NCBI GenBank assembly: GCA_963798085.1
Contig: CAWCRS010000002.1
Coordinates: 352,001-416,000 of the forward strand
Source of the DNA: an uncultured Gemmatimonadales bacterium
GTDB taxonomy: Bacteria; Gemmatimonadota; Gemmatimonadetes; Longimicrobiales; RSA9
Reading direction: 5' to 3'
DNA: 64,000 nucleotides
How positions within the stretch are numbered: position 1 is the first letter of the stretch; each line of letters starts with the position of its first letter. The translations under genes were made by a program, and so were the position numbers. Shown here in pieces: positions 43,512-54,265 of the stretch. The notes beneath the pieces were generated by a model. It worked only from the letters and a program-made list of their open reading frames with translations. It was not told where the DNA came from and searched no databases.

Positions 43512-43653
43512 AGCTAACGTATGAGGTTGATGACGGGCCGGAGCCGACCGTCAGGGCGGCGCAGGCATGTCCGCGCCTTTCACGAGCTACCCGCCACAGC
43601 CACTGCGCGGCCGGCGGCCGCCAGGCCGCCGAGCGTGAAATTACGTGTTAGGT
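43512..43653. repeat. attC-like repeat
   Basis: AGCTAAC...CGTGAAATTACGTGTTAGGT. Confidence 0.92.
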
Positions 43654-43727
43654 GCAGTAGCAGGCGGCGCTTGCCTCGCCGATCTGTTGACGTAAGGCGC
43701 ATGCTCTGAGGCGGCTGCCTCGCACGC

Positions 43728-44093
43728 CTACCGAAGGGCGGCGAAAAGCGCGACGCCGGCTTGGACTAGCGTCGCCAGAATGAGACTGCCGGTGAGCCAA
43801 AGAAGGCCGAGGGAGTACCTGCGTGTCGCAGCCGCCAGCTTCTCCTGCGACTGGATCGACTTCCCGACGGATTCACCGAGCGCTTCTGTCATCGACGCTG
43901 AAACGGTCTCCATCGCACGGACGAGCCCAGAAACCGCCGAAGCTGTTCTCTTGGTTACGAGATATGAAACGAGTACTCGGGTTTGATTGATTTCAGCTGT
44001 GGCCGGGGTGCCGGCAACATTCAAGAATTCGCGCTCAGCATCGGTAAGGTCGAGCTCGTCAACCAGTTTGACTCGGGCGACAGGGTACGTCAC
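43728..44093 (-). CDS. hypothetical protein with C-terminal TM helix
   Basis: removing the adjacent IS630 restores GGAGGCTAGC-GTG (RBS plus start). Confidence 0.55.
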   Translation of the reverse strand: MTYPVARVKLVDELDLTDAEREFLNVAGTPATAEINQTRVLVSYLVTKRTASAVSGLVRAMETVSASMTEALGESVGKSIQSQEKLAAATRRYSLGLLWLTGSLILATLVQAGVALFAALR

Positions 44094-44097
44094 GCTA

Positions 44098-45245
44098 GTA
44101 CTTACTTGCACAAGTCAGCGTAACGGTGCTTGAGCGGCACCGGGTGTACGACTTCCTTGCGCCATTCGAAGGGCGTGGCCCGGGGGTTGTAGACGGCGAC
44201 GAATGCATCAATGGCTTCGCGGACCTGCTCCGGTGATGTGAAGCTGGCGCCCCGAAGTGCCGCGCGCGCCATGATGCTGAACCAGAATTCCACCTGGTTC
44301 ATCCAACTGGCGTGGGTGGGAGTGTAGTGGAAGTGGACGTTCTTGTGCCGTGCGAGCCAGTGGTCGTGCCTGGGCTTGTGCGTACTCAGGTTGTCCAGGA
44401 TCACATGGATCTCCACGTCGGCCGGATAGTCCGCGACAACCTCGTTCATGAAGTGGAGGAATTCCCGGCGGCGGCGGCGCTGGTAGTGCCCGGCCCTGAT
44501 CTGACCCGTGAACACATCGAGGGCAGCGAACAACGTGGTGGTTCCGTGACGCTGGTAGTCGTGGCCGAAGCCGCTGATCGCGCGGCCATTCGGCAGCCGC
44601 AGGTAGCCCTGAGCCCGCTCCAGAGCCTGGATGTGCGGCTTTTCATCGATACTCAGCACGATCGCGTTTTCGGGTGGGTTCAGGTACAGCGCAATGATAT
44701 CGGCCGCCTTGGGACCGAACTCGGGGTCCGTGCTAATGCACCAGCTCCGGCGCCGTTGCAGTTGGATCTGGTGCTTGCGCAGTACCCGCCAGACGTGGGC
44801 CTGCGACACATCGCCCAGCGTTTCCGCCACCAACCGCCCGTTCCACTGCGCAAAACCGCGCGGCGCCGGTTCATCCAGTTGCGCCAGGATGCGCCGCTCG
44901 GTGTCCTCGTCGTAGGCGGCTGGCGCCCCCGTCCGCGCCGCGTCGTCCAGGCCCTTCACACCCTGCGCCGCGAAACGAAGCCGCCACTTGCTCACGGTCG
45001 CGGGGCGCACCTGATGCCGTCGCGCAATCGCGCTCGTGCTGTCCCCGCGCGCCGCATCGAGGATGATGCGAGCGCGCTCCACATAGCGAAACTCCATGAC
45101 CTTGCTGCGGCTCCACGCTTCCAGCGTCTGCCGCTGCTGCGCCGTCAATACGACTCGATCGCCCGGCCCATGGTGCTCGCTCCGCGAGGAGTGAATACTG
45201 TGGACCCTTATTTACATGATAACGCGATCTTGTGCAAGTTAGTAC
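44098..45245 (-). mobile_element. IS630-family element (transposase 44102..45148)
   Basis: terminal IRs GTACTTACTTGCACAAG / GTACTAACTTGCACAAG; TA duplication in a CTAG target; SIDEK, HDYQRHGTTTLFAAL, ILDNLSTH, WMNQVE. Confidence 0.93.
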
Positions 45246-45284
45246 TAGCCTCCGAATTCGTGTTGGCCCAAAGGGGCGTGCCGA

Positions 45285-46022
45285 TCACCTCGGTGAATCT
45301 TCATACGGCCGAAAGCCGTGCTCGCGCAATGACCATGATTCCCACCGGCCGACAGGCTCGAACAGAATTGCGTTCCGATAGGGCCGTCCGGCATTCGTTG
45401 CTCGAACGCCGAAGGTGACGAAGCCGTCGAAGCCGGTTCGGCGCACGATGGCGGCAAGGCTACGGCTGAACGGCCCAGCGTCGATTCGCTCTGCAATGTC
45501 AAACGCGGCGCGCACGAGCGGTGCAAGGTGTCGGCGCGCGCAATCGACGATGCGAAGCTTTGCGGCGTTCAGCGCAAAATCTTGGCAGGTAAAGCCCAAT
45601 GGGTCCTATTTCGGCCACGGCCGCGTCGACGGAGTCGCAAAGGTAGAGTACGGGTACACCTGCTGAGTTGTATCTCTGAGCCGCAGGCGAAATCGGGGGC
45701 CCCATGTCTTCCCAGCCTCGAATGGCCTGGTGATCACATCCGCGAACGAGCACCGACGGGCGGGCGCGATGGTTGGGGTTGCCTCAAGGTCGCTCTGAAA
45801 GTCTGACACGAGCGCGTGGGTAAGCAGGAGCTCCTCGTCCCCACTCGATGCCGCCCACTTGAGAGCTTCGGGATACCCGTCGCTCGCGACGTGGCGGCCA
45901 ATTCCGCGATCAATTGCCCACTGAACGTGCTCGGGTTGAGCCGCATGAATGGACTCGTTGATTGCGCTTACAATTTCAGCCATGTCACGCGCTTTCGCAT
46001 CGAACTTGAGCCAGGATGCAAC
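45285..46022 (-). pseudogene. RES-domain protein, frameshifted and 5'-truncated by IS630
   Basis: QRYNSAGVPVLYLCDSVDAAVAEI and GFDGF...YRNAILF in successive frames; reading frame runs into the IS junction. Confidence 0.7.
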
Positions 46023-46024
46023 TA

Positions 46025-47159
46025 GTGTAGTGTGGCCACAGTCTCTTTGGCTTTGGCGACTTTGGAGAGGATGCTGTTCAGCGAAGCCGTCCAGACGAAT
46101 GGCTTTGGGTCGAGGTTGCGCGTATCCAGATAAGCGGAGATCGCCGCAATCAACTGGTCGACGTTATGGACAACCAGCCGGCGGAGCTGGCGTACGGTGA
46201 GTTCACTGAAAAGGCGTTCCACAAGGTTCGCCCAGGACGACGACGTGGGCACGAAATAGAATTGGACCCGTGGGTTGCGCTCCAGCCAGGCGAGGACTTC
46301 GGGCGTCTTGTGGCTGGACGCGTTGTCGAGGATGAAATAGACGTCGAGTGGCTTGGGGACCGTGCGCACCACCTTTCGTGCGAAGCGCAGAAACTCGCTG
46401 GCGCGGTGGCGGGGCATGCATTCATGCACCACGCTGCCGGTCTTGATCTCGAGTGCGGCAAAGAGCGTGGTCGTCCCGTGACGCTTGTAGTCGTGGGTCA
46501 TTGTGCCGGCCCGTCCCTTCTTGAGCGGCAAGCCGGGCTGCGTACGATCCAGCGCCTGGATCTGACTCTTCTCATCAACCGCAAAGACCACAGCATGCTC
46601 CGGCGGATGGAGATACCGCCCCACGACCGCCCGCAGCTTCTTTACGAAGTCCGGATCCCTGGAAAGCGTGAAGGTGCGGATGCGATGGGGCTTGATCCCG
46701 TGACCGCGCCAGACGCGCGCCACCGTGGTGGGGTGCCACCCGAGTTCCCTGGCCATGATCCGCGTACTCCAGTGCGTGCCATTCGGCGGGCGCGTCTCCA
46801 GCGTCTTCTTGACCATGGCCTCTTCGTGCGCTGCCGTGATCCACTTCGGTCGGCCCGTGCGCGGTCGATCGCTCAGCAACGCCGGCAGGCCGCCCTCTTC
46901 ATACCGGTCGAGCCACAAGGTCACGGTCGGCCGCGATACGTGCACCGCCGCGCAGATCGCCTGACCCGACAGGCCCTGTGCCGAAGCCAGCACAATACGG
47001 GCGCGTTCGGCGATGCGCTGGGGGGTCGTGCGCTTGCGCATCAATTCCTCGAGACGTTTCTGATCGCCTCGGCGTAACCGGATTACTCGCGTGGGCAATG
47101 GCATGCAGCAGGATACAATATCCACGCACATTATGCAAGATACTTCTGCCACACTACAC
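46025..47159 (-). mobile_element. IS630-family element (transposase 46022..47104)
   Basis: IRs GTGTAGTGTGGC at both ends; AVDEKSQIQALDRTQP, THDYKRHGTTTLFAAL, ILDNASSH; TA present on the left flank only. Confidence 0.92.
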
Positions 47160-47189
47160 TCGTCACTCAATGCATTGTTGTCATGCACG

Positions 47190-47218
47190 TTGACGGCTTT
47201 AGAGACAGACGGCATATT
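47190..47218 (+). promoter_or_regulatory. putative sigma70 promoter
   Basis: TTGACG-17 nt-CATATT, 50 bp upstream of ORF 47269. Confidence 0.45.
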
Positions 47219-47268
47219 GCACGTGTGCACACAGTCACAATCTCACGACAAAGAGGAGGTACCCCCGT

Positions 47269-47570
47269 ATGTTTTCACGCGTTAAGCTCGCCGTCGCACT
47301 GTTCTTGGTGGCGCTCGCAGGCACCACGTCGTATCCGCGGTACGCCGGCGCCGAGGAGAGTGCTCCATGCGGCCTCTCAATGGATTACCTGGACAACGAG
47401 TATCCTCACCTTTACTGGCAGCACGGTGGCGTTTGTGTCGGGCCACCCTACGAACTGATGGGCACCGTCGAGCCCGTGAAATGCATGCCGGAATGATTAT
47501 GGGCCAGGTCACGTACGAACACACCGACTTCTGGGGTAATCCCTGGCACACGACCTGTAACGAAAACTAA
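47269..47570 (+). CDS. small secreted Cys/His-containing peptide, probable frameshift near 47475
   Basis: GAGGAGG RBS; signal peptide ending AGA; probable continuation REMHAGMIMG...PWHTTCNEN* in the adjacent frame. Confidence 0.6.
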
Positions 47571-47597
47571 CGAGTATCGAAAGAGGGAAAGCCCTGC

Positions 47598-48776
47598 ATG
47601 AATTGCCAAACAAGCATACTGTGCGCACTGACAGGGCTTATCGTGGGCTGTCCTCCCGGCGTGACGCCAGTCAGTTCAGGCGACAAGCCCATTCAGTTCA
47701 CGGACTCTCCTTTCGAACTTCGTGCGTCAGTCGAGCTGGACCTCGGTGCCGACAGCAGCAACGGTGTGCATTTCAGTGTGGTGAAGGGGATCGCGGTAGA
47801 TCACGAAGGGGTCATCTACGTAGCGGACCAATTCGAGCACAATGTCCGTGCCTTTGACAGCGCCGGCAGGCTGCTACGGCACATCGGCGGTTACGGGCGT
47901 GGTCCGGGAGAGTTAACGTTTCCTACCCGACTTGTGCTCAGCAACGACACGCTGTTCGTTGTCGATTCATCAGTTGGCAGCCTTAACATATTCCGTACCG
48001 ATGGGAGTTTTCTCAATGTCGTCCAGGTTGGGCCGGGGATTAATCGTGCGCAGAACCTCGTAGCGACACACAATGGGCTCGTTGAAGTCATGTGGGGAAC
48101 CGCCACGAAGACTCACCTTGTCTTGGATTCAATCTACGTCACCACACTCGACGTGCACTCTGGGCAGTTTGCGCCCCCGGTGCTCCAAATCGCGGTCCCA
48201 AAGATGGCGCCCATACGAGGGTCGGTTGCAGCGTCACCGCCGCTGGGTTCGGCTCCGCCCTCCGTGGACATTAGCCAGGATGGACGCATCTTCAGCACAA
48301 AGGGTTACCCGTTCGCAATTTCAGTGATGCGAGCCGACGGCAAGCTGATCGATCGCGCGAGCGCCGCTGTGCCGCGGATGCGGGTGTCTTCGGTCGATGA
48401 AGAGCGCGACTTTCAGAAGCTCGTCCAGGAGGCACAGTTCGCGCACGTGCCGCCGCCAAGACGATCAGCTTACAGGGTGAAGAAGGAGAAGTACCGGTCG
48501 CCCATCGGTGCGCTGATCCTAGACGACGCCGGGAACCTGTGGGTGAAGAGGCAGGACCTGTTGGGGGACGACGTCGTATGGGACCACCTGTCGACGAAGC
48601 CTTGGCGTTTGGACGGAAGAGTTCACCTGCCGAACCAGTTCACGCTAAGGCTCGTGCTAGGCTGCCACATTTACGGCGTCACCAAGAACGATCTGGCGGT
48701 GGAGAGCGTCACTCGTTACAGAATAACGCCCTGCCAGGGCACAACGAACGAACAGCGAAGGAAAGACGCGAGCTAA
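47598..48776 (+). CDS. 6-bladed (NHL-like) beta-propeller lipoprotein
   Basis: lipobox IVGC; GIAVDHEGVIYVAD, IGGYGRGPGEL, LDDAGNLWV. Confidence 0.8.
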   Translation: MNCQTSILCALTGLIVGCPPGVTPVSSGDKPIQFTDSPFELRASVELDLGADSSNGVHFSVVKGIAVDHEGVIYVADQFEHNVRAFDSAGRLLRHIGGYGRGPGELTFPTRLVLSNDTLFVVDSSVGSLNIFRTDGSFLNVVQVGPGINRAQNLVATHNGLVEVMWGTATKTHLVLDSIYVTTLDVHSGQFAPPVLQIAVPKMAPIRGSVAASPPLGSAPPSVDISQDGRIFSTKGYPFAISVMRADGKLIDRASAAVPRMRVSSVDEERDFQKLVQEAQFAHVPPPRRSAYRVKKEKYRSPIGALILDDAGNLWVKRQDLLGDDVVWDHLSTKPWRLDGRVHLPNQFTLRLVLGCHIYGVTKNDLAVESVTRYRITPCQGTTNEQRRKDAS

Positions 48777-49336
48777 CCAAGCAACGGACGGGAGGCCAGA
48801 TCGGCTTCCCGCCCGTTCGCATAGATATGGCGGCGGGGCGAGGCCTCACTTGCTAGTGAGGCCGGCTGTGACGGCTTCCGTTGCGCAGTTTGGTATGTTT
48901 GATAGTTCTTCGCTGTTCTGCGTGGACATGTACCCTGCCGAGATGGGTCCAGGGAAGCTTAAGCTGTCCGGGGGTGGCAAAGGCGCTGCACCGCGACGCA
49001 CAGGACCTGACGCCTCAGCGTGTTCGTCGTGACCTATGCTAGCAGGCGTGGTTGGGTGGCTTGGGTCTGGTCGACGGCTGACGCGTTACACGTTCGGCGT
49101 TTGATACCGCAACCCCGATTGCAATGGCGTACCTGCTCGCTGGCAAACTGGACTTTCACCTTTCTGCCCATGTGAAACAGCGAGGAGCCTGAATTGGAAG
49201 ACACGATCGTTTCCGCGATTCATGAGGCCATCCGGTCTGCGAGCGATCAAATACCGTCGCCGTGATAATACCGACGGCAGCCCTGAGAGAGCAGCGCTTG
49301 GTGCTGCGGCCTGTCTGGGTAGGGAGCCGCCATTGC

Positions 49337-49481
49337 AGATAACGTATGAGGGTTGCCGACGTGCCGGAGCCGACCGCAGGGCGGCGCAGGCATGTCCGCC
49401 GCCCTTCCCTCGCATAACCGCATCAGCTGCCCGCGGCGGCGGCCGTGCGCCAGCACGGCCTGCGGCAAACCGATGTTATCT
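49337..49481. repeat. attC-like repeat
   Basis: AGATAAC...GTTGCCG...CGGCAAA CCGAT GTTATCT; the L boxes covary relative to consensus. Confidence 0.9.
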
Positions 49482-49594
49482 GAAGTACCGCGTGCCGTGA
49501 CGCACCGACTCGCCACCTCAATGTGGACGGCCGAGCGTACGAGTGATCGCTCCACCGGAGCACGCTCTTGTCCGCGATGACCGTCCGATGGCTG

Positions 49595-50071
49595 CTACCG
49601 GTCATCGTGTTGGTGGGCGGAAGTCGAGTCATCGGGTTCAATCTCACCTGGTCGGTCCGGTTGGCTTGTTGACCGAGTGCGTGCGGGTATCAGAAGCTGC
49701 ACGAACGCGGCACCGGTGACCGCACCAGTTAGCGCAGCCACCGGCACCAGTGCTCGCGCCCCCGGTCCATACCACTTCGGCCATGTGAGCACCTCGACGA
49801 TCAGGATGCCCACGACGGCAAACACAGAAACAAACCAGATCGGCCGCAAATGCCGGGTTCGTCGCAGCACCAGGTATAGGGGAAGGCCCACGATCCACGT
49901 GCCCGCGTAGATCGGCACGCCGAACACGGGTGCGAAGATGTACAGAAAAATGACCGGCGCTTGCAGCCCACCGCGTGGCGGGGCGAAGACAAGGTACAAC
50001 GGCAGGCACGCGAGGAGGCCCACAAGTAACGCGAGCATGAAGGCGCGGATTGGACGACGCTCGTTCTGCAT
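49595..50071 (-). CDS. 4-TM membrane protein
   Basis: hydrophobic ORF filling a cassette; start uncertain. Confidence 0.6.
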   Translation of the reverse strand: MQNERRPIRAFMLALLVGLLACLPLYLVFAPPRGGLQAPVIFLYIFAPVFGVPIYAGTWIVGLPLYLVLRRTRHLRPIWFVSVFAVVGILIVEVLTWPKWYGPGARALVPVAALTGAVTGAAFVQLLIPARTRSTSQPDRPGEIEPDDSTSAHQHDDR

Positions 50072-50313
50072 GCCCGGAGAACTCGGGTTGATGGGTGGAC
50101 CGATTGGGCTCCGACGGCATCGATGCACCGCCGTGCTTGCAAGGACTCCTGAGACGAGCGTGTCCGCGAATCGATACAAGCAATCGCGCTCCGCCGATCA
50201 AGAGTCCCATCACTCTGCTCGTTTGACCTGGGTACGGCAACGGGCTTCCATGTCGCCCACCACAAAACGGGCCACTGCCGCCCCAATTTCGCCACTGCGT
50301 GACGCGGTATTTC

Positions 50314-50457
50314 AGATAACGTCTCGGTTGTTCACGACGTGCCGGAGCCGACCGTCAGGGCGGCGCAGGCATGTCCGCGCCCTTCAACGCTGGCCGCCTC
50401 AACAGTCGCGCGGGCCGGCGGCCGCCAGGCCGCCGTGCGTGAAAAGACGTGTTAGAT
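50314..50457. repeat. attC-like repeat
   Basis: AGATAAC...GTTCACG...CGTGAAAAGACGTGTTAGAT. Confidence 0.92.
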
Positions 50458-50534
50458 GATGCCGGTCCCCGCTGCCTGCCATGCCCGCCCGTACCGGGTC
50501 AAGCCCAAACGCCCGTGGCTTTGGAGGCGTCTCG

Positions 50535-50563
50535 TTGACATCGGGCCGACCCCATCCTATGCG
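50535..50563 (+). promoter_or_regulatory. possible promoter for the inverted cassette gene
   Basis: TTGACA-17 nt-TATGCG. Confidence 0.35.
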
Positions 50564-50637
50564 TTCTCGGACCAAGATGCGACAGCGATGTGGCGCCGGC
50601 GTCGCATGGGGACACTGCTATTGAGAAGCGCATCGGA

Positions 50638-51450
50638 ATGACCATGGACGGACACGCACGAAACGAGGGTGTGGCCGCAGCGATTTCAGACCTCTATTCG
50701 GGGCCTCTCGACAGCTTCGTGGCTCGGCGTGACGCGTTTGTGAAGGAACTGCGCGCCGCGGGTGGGCGCGAAAATGCCTTGGCGGTCAAAGGCCTGCGCA
50801 AACCTTCGCGGCTGGCCTGGGCTCTCAATGCCGCGTCGCTCGCCGACCCGGCGCGCATGGATCAGCTCGAGGCGGCAGTCGCATCGACAATCCAGGCGCA
50901 GGCCGGTGGTGGCGACCTGCGTTCCGCGCTGAGTGCGTTGCGCGAAGCCGTCCGGGGTGTGGCGGACGCGGCCGCTGGTATCGCTGCCACGGGGGGCCAC
51001 CCCATGGCACCCGAGCCTCTCGCGAACGCGATCATGGCCGTGATCGGTGCATCCGATGCATTTCGCTTGTTGCGAACCGGCCATCTCGTGGACATCCCTG
51101 AGGCCGGCGGATTCGACTTCTTCGCGTTTGCGGCACCGAGCCCAACACCCTCGAGTCCCGCCGATATTCAACCCGCACGCGACCCGTCTGCAGCGGATGA
51201 CGCCTATCGGGAGGCCGTGCGCCGAGCTGAGGCCACTTTCGCCGCTGCGCGCGAGGGATTCGCACTGGCTGAGCAAACCCTGCGCGATGCCGAAGCAAGG
51301 CTTCAAGAGGCTGAACACAGGTTGGCAATGGCTCGCCCGGACGCGGTCGCGGCAAAGGCTACCTACGATCGGGCCCAAGCGGTCATGAAAGCGGCCGAAA
51401 CCGAGCTGCGACAGGCGGAATTGTCGCGGGATCTCGCGCACCGAACCTAG
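50638..51450 (+). CDS. helical hypothetical protein with C-terminal coiled coil, opposite to array orientation
   Basis: DLYSGPLDSFVARRD...VKGLRKPSRLAWALN; Ala-rich heptads. Confidence 0.7.
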   Translation: MTMDGHARNEGVAAAISDLYSGPLDSFVARRDAFVKELRAAGGRENALAVKGLRKPSRLAWALNAASLADPARMDQLEAAVASTIQAQAGGGDLRSALSALREAVRGVADAAAGIAATGGHPMAPEPLANAIMAVIGASDAFRLLRTGHLVDIPEAGGFDFFAFAAPSPTPSSPADIQPARDPSAADDAYREAVRRAEATFAAAREGFALAEQTLRDAEARLQEAEHRLAMARPDAVAAKATYDRAQAVMKAAETELRQAELSRDLAHRT

Positions 51451-51506
51451 CAATTGCCTCAGCCTCGCAAAGGACTCGCTCTCAATCCGTTGCGGGGACC
51501 GGTTTC

Positions 51507-51644
51507 AGCTAACGTGATGGCGGTTCATGACGCGCCGCAGCCGCTTGCGGCGCAGGCGTGTCCGCGCCCATCCCAAGCTACACGCCTCGGCCGTTGCGCG
51601 GCCGGCGGCCGCCAGGCCGACGTGCGTGAAATGACGTGTTAGAT
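51507..51644. repeat. attC-like repeat
   Basis: AGCTAAC...GTTCATG...CGTGAAATGACGTGTTAGAT. Confidence 0.92.
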
Positions 51645-51860
51645 GATGGCCAGCGCACGTGCCGGGAACTGCGATTCGGTCCAGGCTCGCTCGACGTTGA
51701 GTTCGGTTCGTCACCCCGAAGCGGAGCCTGCCATCTTGGGTTTCAGGCACAGAATGTGTGGCCAAAGCCAAGGTACGAGCGGCCCCTGGAGCGCGGGACC
51801 GTCAACGCCCCACGCCGCCAGCAACCCATTCGTGAGCCGGCAACGGACCTTCTCCTTTGG

Positions 51861-52496
51861 CTAGCACTTCCGCATGACCCAAGTCGTCATGGCTCGCGCA
51901 TTCTGAATGACTGTCGTCTTCAGCGGATCGACGAGCGTTCCTCCAAGTCCCGCGCTCAGCCTCATCAGGTAACTCTCGTCCACCAGGAAACGATCACTCC
52001 CATCCGGTAGGTGATACCACCGGCCCCTTTGAGGAGTGACCAATGCTTCGATGCCGATCGTCGACGCGAGCCGTGCGAAGAAGATGCCTCCTGGCCCGAG
52101 GACGCGCCACATCTCTGCCACCATGCGCTCGCAGTCAGCCTCGTCTTCCGCGAAATGGAGGACGGCGCTGCAGATCACCGCCTCAAAATGGTCGTTCGGA
52201 AACGCCAGGTCCGACAGTCTGGCCACTACGAAGTTGTCGGCGGGGAGCCCAGGAGCGGCGATGGCGGCAACCTCCCGAATCCGCTCGATCTGCATGGGGT
52301 CACAGTCGACTCCATGCACGTTGGCACCACACCGCATGAGGTATTCAGAATTTCGGCCTCCACCGCACCCGGCGTCGAGAATGCGCATCTGAGGTGTGAT
52401 GTTACCACGGAGAATCTGGTCGAAGACGTAGATATCGATCCGACCGAACTGCGCAAGCAGTTCTTCAAATGCATGCGATGGGTCCGTTGACGTCAA
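51861..52496 (-). CDS. class I SAM-dependent methyltransferase
   Basis: FGRIDIYVFDQILRG, ILDAGCGGGRN, MWRVLGPGG; TTG start after GGGAGG. Confidence 0.85.
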   Translation of the reverse strand: MTSTDPSHAFEELLAQFGRIDIYVFDQILRGNITPQMRILDAGCGGGRNSEYLMRCGANVHGVDCDPMQIERIREVAAIAAPGLPADNFVVARLSDLAFPNDHFEAVICSAVLHFAEDEADCERMVAEMWRVLGPGGIFFARLASTIGIEALVTPQRGRWYHLPDGSDRFLVDESYLMRLSAGLGGTLVDPLKTTVIQNARAMTTWVMRKC

Positions 52497-52680
52497 CCAG
52501 CCTCCCTTTTTGCCACGCTCTCCAGCACATCGTGAACCCCACGGAGGTCCTCGCGTAATGTGCATCTGCGACTTCGAACAGGTCAAGGTTCGGGAGAGTC
52601 CGCCTCACCAGGGTTCATGGCTTCAAAGACGCGGCCAACAGGTTGTGCCCAGGTGCCAGTCGATGAGTGCGCTGGCTTTC

Positions 52681-52824
52681 AGCTAACGTTCCGTCTGTTC
52701 ACGAAGCCCCGGAGCCGAGCGAAGCACGGCGAAGGGGTTTCCGCGCCTTTCCCAATCTGACCCTTTCATGACCTGCGCGGCAAGCGGCGCGAAGCGCCGC
52801 GCTGCGTGAAATAGACTGTTAGAC
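52681..52824. repeat. attC-like repeat with divergent centre
   Basis: AGCTAAC...GTTCACG...CGTGAAATAGACTGTTAGAC. Confidence 0.9.
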
Positions 52825-52879
52825 GTAGTGACCTGCGCCTGGTTGCCCGACCTACGTGCCTCGGGATTACCTTCGCTTG

Positions 52880-54091
52880 TCAACTCATGGTCTTCTTCAA
52901 GCCGAACAGCGCGACTCGATCCAGTCCCACCTCATCTCGGAGAAAGCCAAGGACGTAATCCGGACCAATGTCCTTCACTTGCAGTCCATCTGGCAGGGTG
53001 ACGGTGGTGAGCCACCGACCAGCCTGATCGAACACGGTCCACTCCGATTCCGGCTCGGTATACACACGATAGGTCTCAACCCAGAGATTACCCTCGCGAT
53101 CGACAAGCATCGCCGAATAGGCGGGAACAAAGGCCGGGTAATCTGCCTCGTCAACGTACTTGAGAACCTGCTCGAGCTGCGCCGGCGGAAGCTGACCCGC
53201 TTCAGCTTCGACAGTCTTCGCGTACCCTTCTCGGAAGCGGGCCCTTCGCTCTGGTGTCACAGGGCTTGGGTCATGCGACTTGCGGATCAACCGGCGCATG
53301 CTACCGTCCAATGCGTATTCGCCGATTTCGAAGGACTGGCTCGTTCCCATGTAGAACCGGTCTCTTGCCAAGGCGAACTGCATGCGATGGCCAAAATGAT
53401 ACGGCCGCGGCTGGCCGCCGCCGAGGCCTCGTTGCTCGCTCAACGCGTAACGACCAATCGTGTCCACGGCCAGGCCTGGACCGCGGTACAGGACGAACCA
53501 TGTGGAATCCCAGTAGATGCCGCTGATGTCCCTTGGGCGACCACCCTCTCCCGGTGACGCCAGAAACACGAGGCTGTCGCCAAGCACCCCTTGGGCCCAG
53601 TAATTACGGCCAAAAACAACGAGCATCGATCGGCCAAATCTACCATCCGCATCGAGAATCGATACGCGCGTGAGGCTATAGTCGTAGACCATAAGCGAAT
53701 CGCCTCGGAACGGTCGAATCGTCCACATCGTGTTGAATTCCCCGGGACCTTCCCCTTGACGTCCGGTCGCTGCAATCAACCGACCTGTTGAAGAAAAGAA
53801 CTTGACCTGATTCGCGCCTTCGTCCGATACCACAATGCGGCCGTCAGCCAGGCGAATCGCGTCGCGGGGTCTGATGATATCCTCGGTCTCTTTGCTGCCA
53901 ATCACGACACTCGGCTGACTCGCGACCATCCATGCCGATTCTTCCAACTTTGGGCGCCGATTCTCGACGATGGTAATCCCAGCGCTATCCCGAACACCAA
54001 GACCGGCAGCAGGCTCGTGACGGCTATCGCACGCCGACATGATCAGGATTGTAGCGGAAAGGACTGCGTAAGTTCGAGTGTGCGCCGCCAT
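52880..54091 (-). CDS. 6-bladed beta-propeller lipoprotein
   Basis: lipobox MSAC; VRDSAGITIVEN; GRQGEGPGEF; VDREGNLWV. Confidence 0.85.
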   Translation of the reverse strand: MAAHTRTYAVLSATILIMSACDSRHEPAAGLGVRDSAGITIVENRRPKLEESAWMVASQPSVVIGSKETEDIIRPRDAIRLADGRIVVSDEGANQVKFFSSTGRLIAATGRQGEGPGEFNTMWTIRPFRGDSLMVYDYSLTRVSILDADGRFGRSMLVVFGRNYWAQGVLGDSLVFLASPGEGGRPRDISGIYWDSTWFVLYRGPGLAVDTIGRYALSEQRGLGGGQPRPYHFGHRMQFALARDRFYMGTSQSFEIGEYALDGSMRRLIRKSHDPSPVTPERRARFREGYAKTVEAEAGQLPPAQLEQVLKYVDEADYPAFVPAYSAMLVDREGNLWVETYRVYTEPESEWTVFDQAGRWLTTVTLPDGLQVKDIGPDYVLGFLRDEVGLDRVALFGLKKTMS

Positions 54092-54120
54092 TTCAACCTC
54101 ACGATAGCGCAGGTCATTTC

Positions 54121-54265
54121 GGCTAACGTGATCTGCTGTTCACGACGTGCCGGAGCCGACCGTCAAGGCGGCGTAGGCATGTCCGCGCCCTTCCTAAGCT
54201 GCCCGCCTCGGCCACTGCGCGGCCGGCGGCCGCCAGGCCGCCGAGCGTGAAATGGCGTGTTAGGC
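54121..54265. repeat. attC-like repeat
   Basis: GGCTAAC...GTTCACG...CGTGAAATGGCGTGTTAGGC. Confidence 0.92.
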
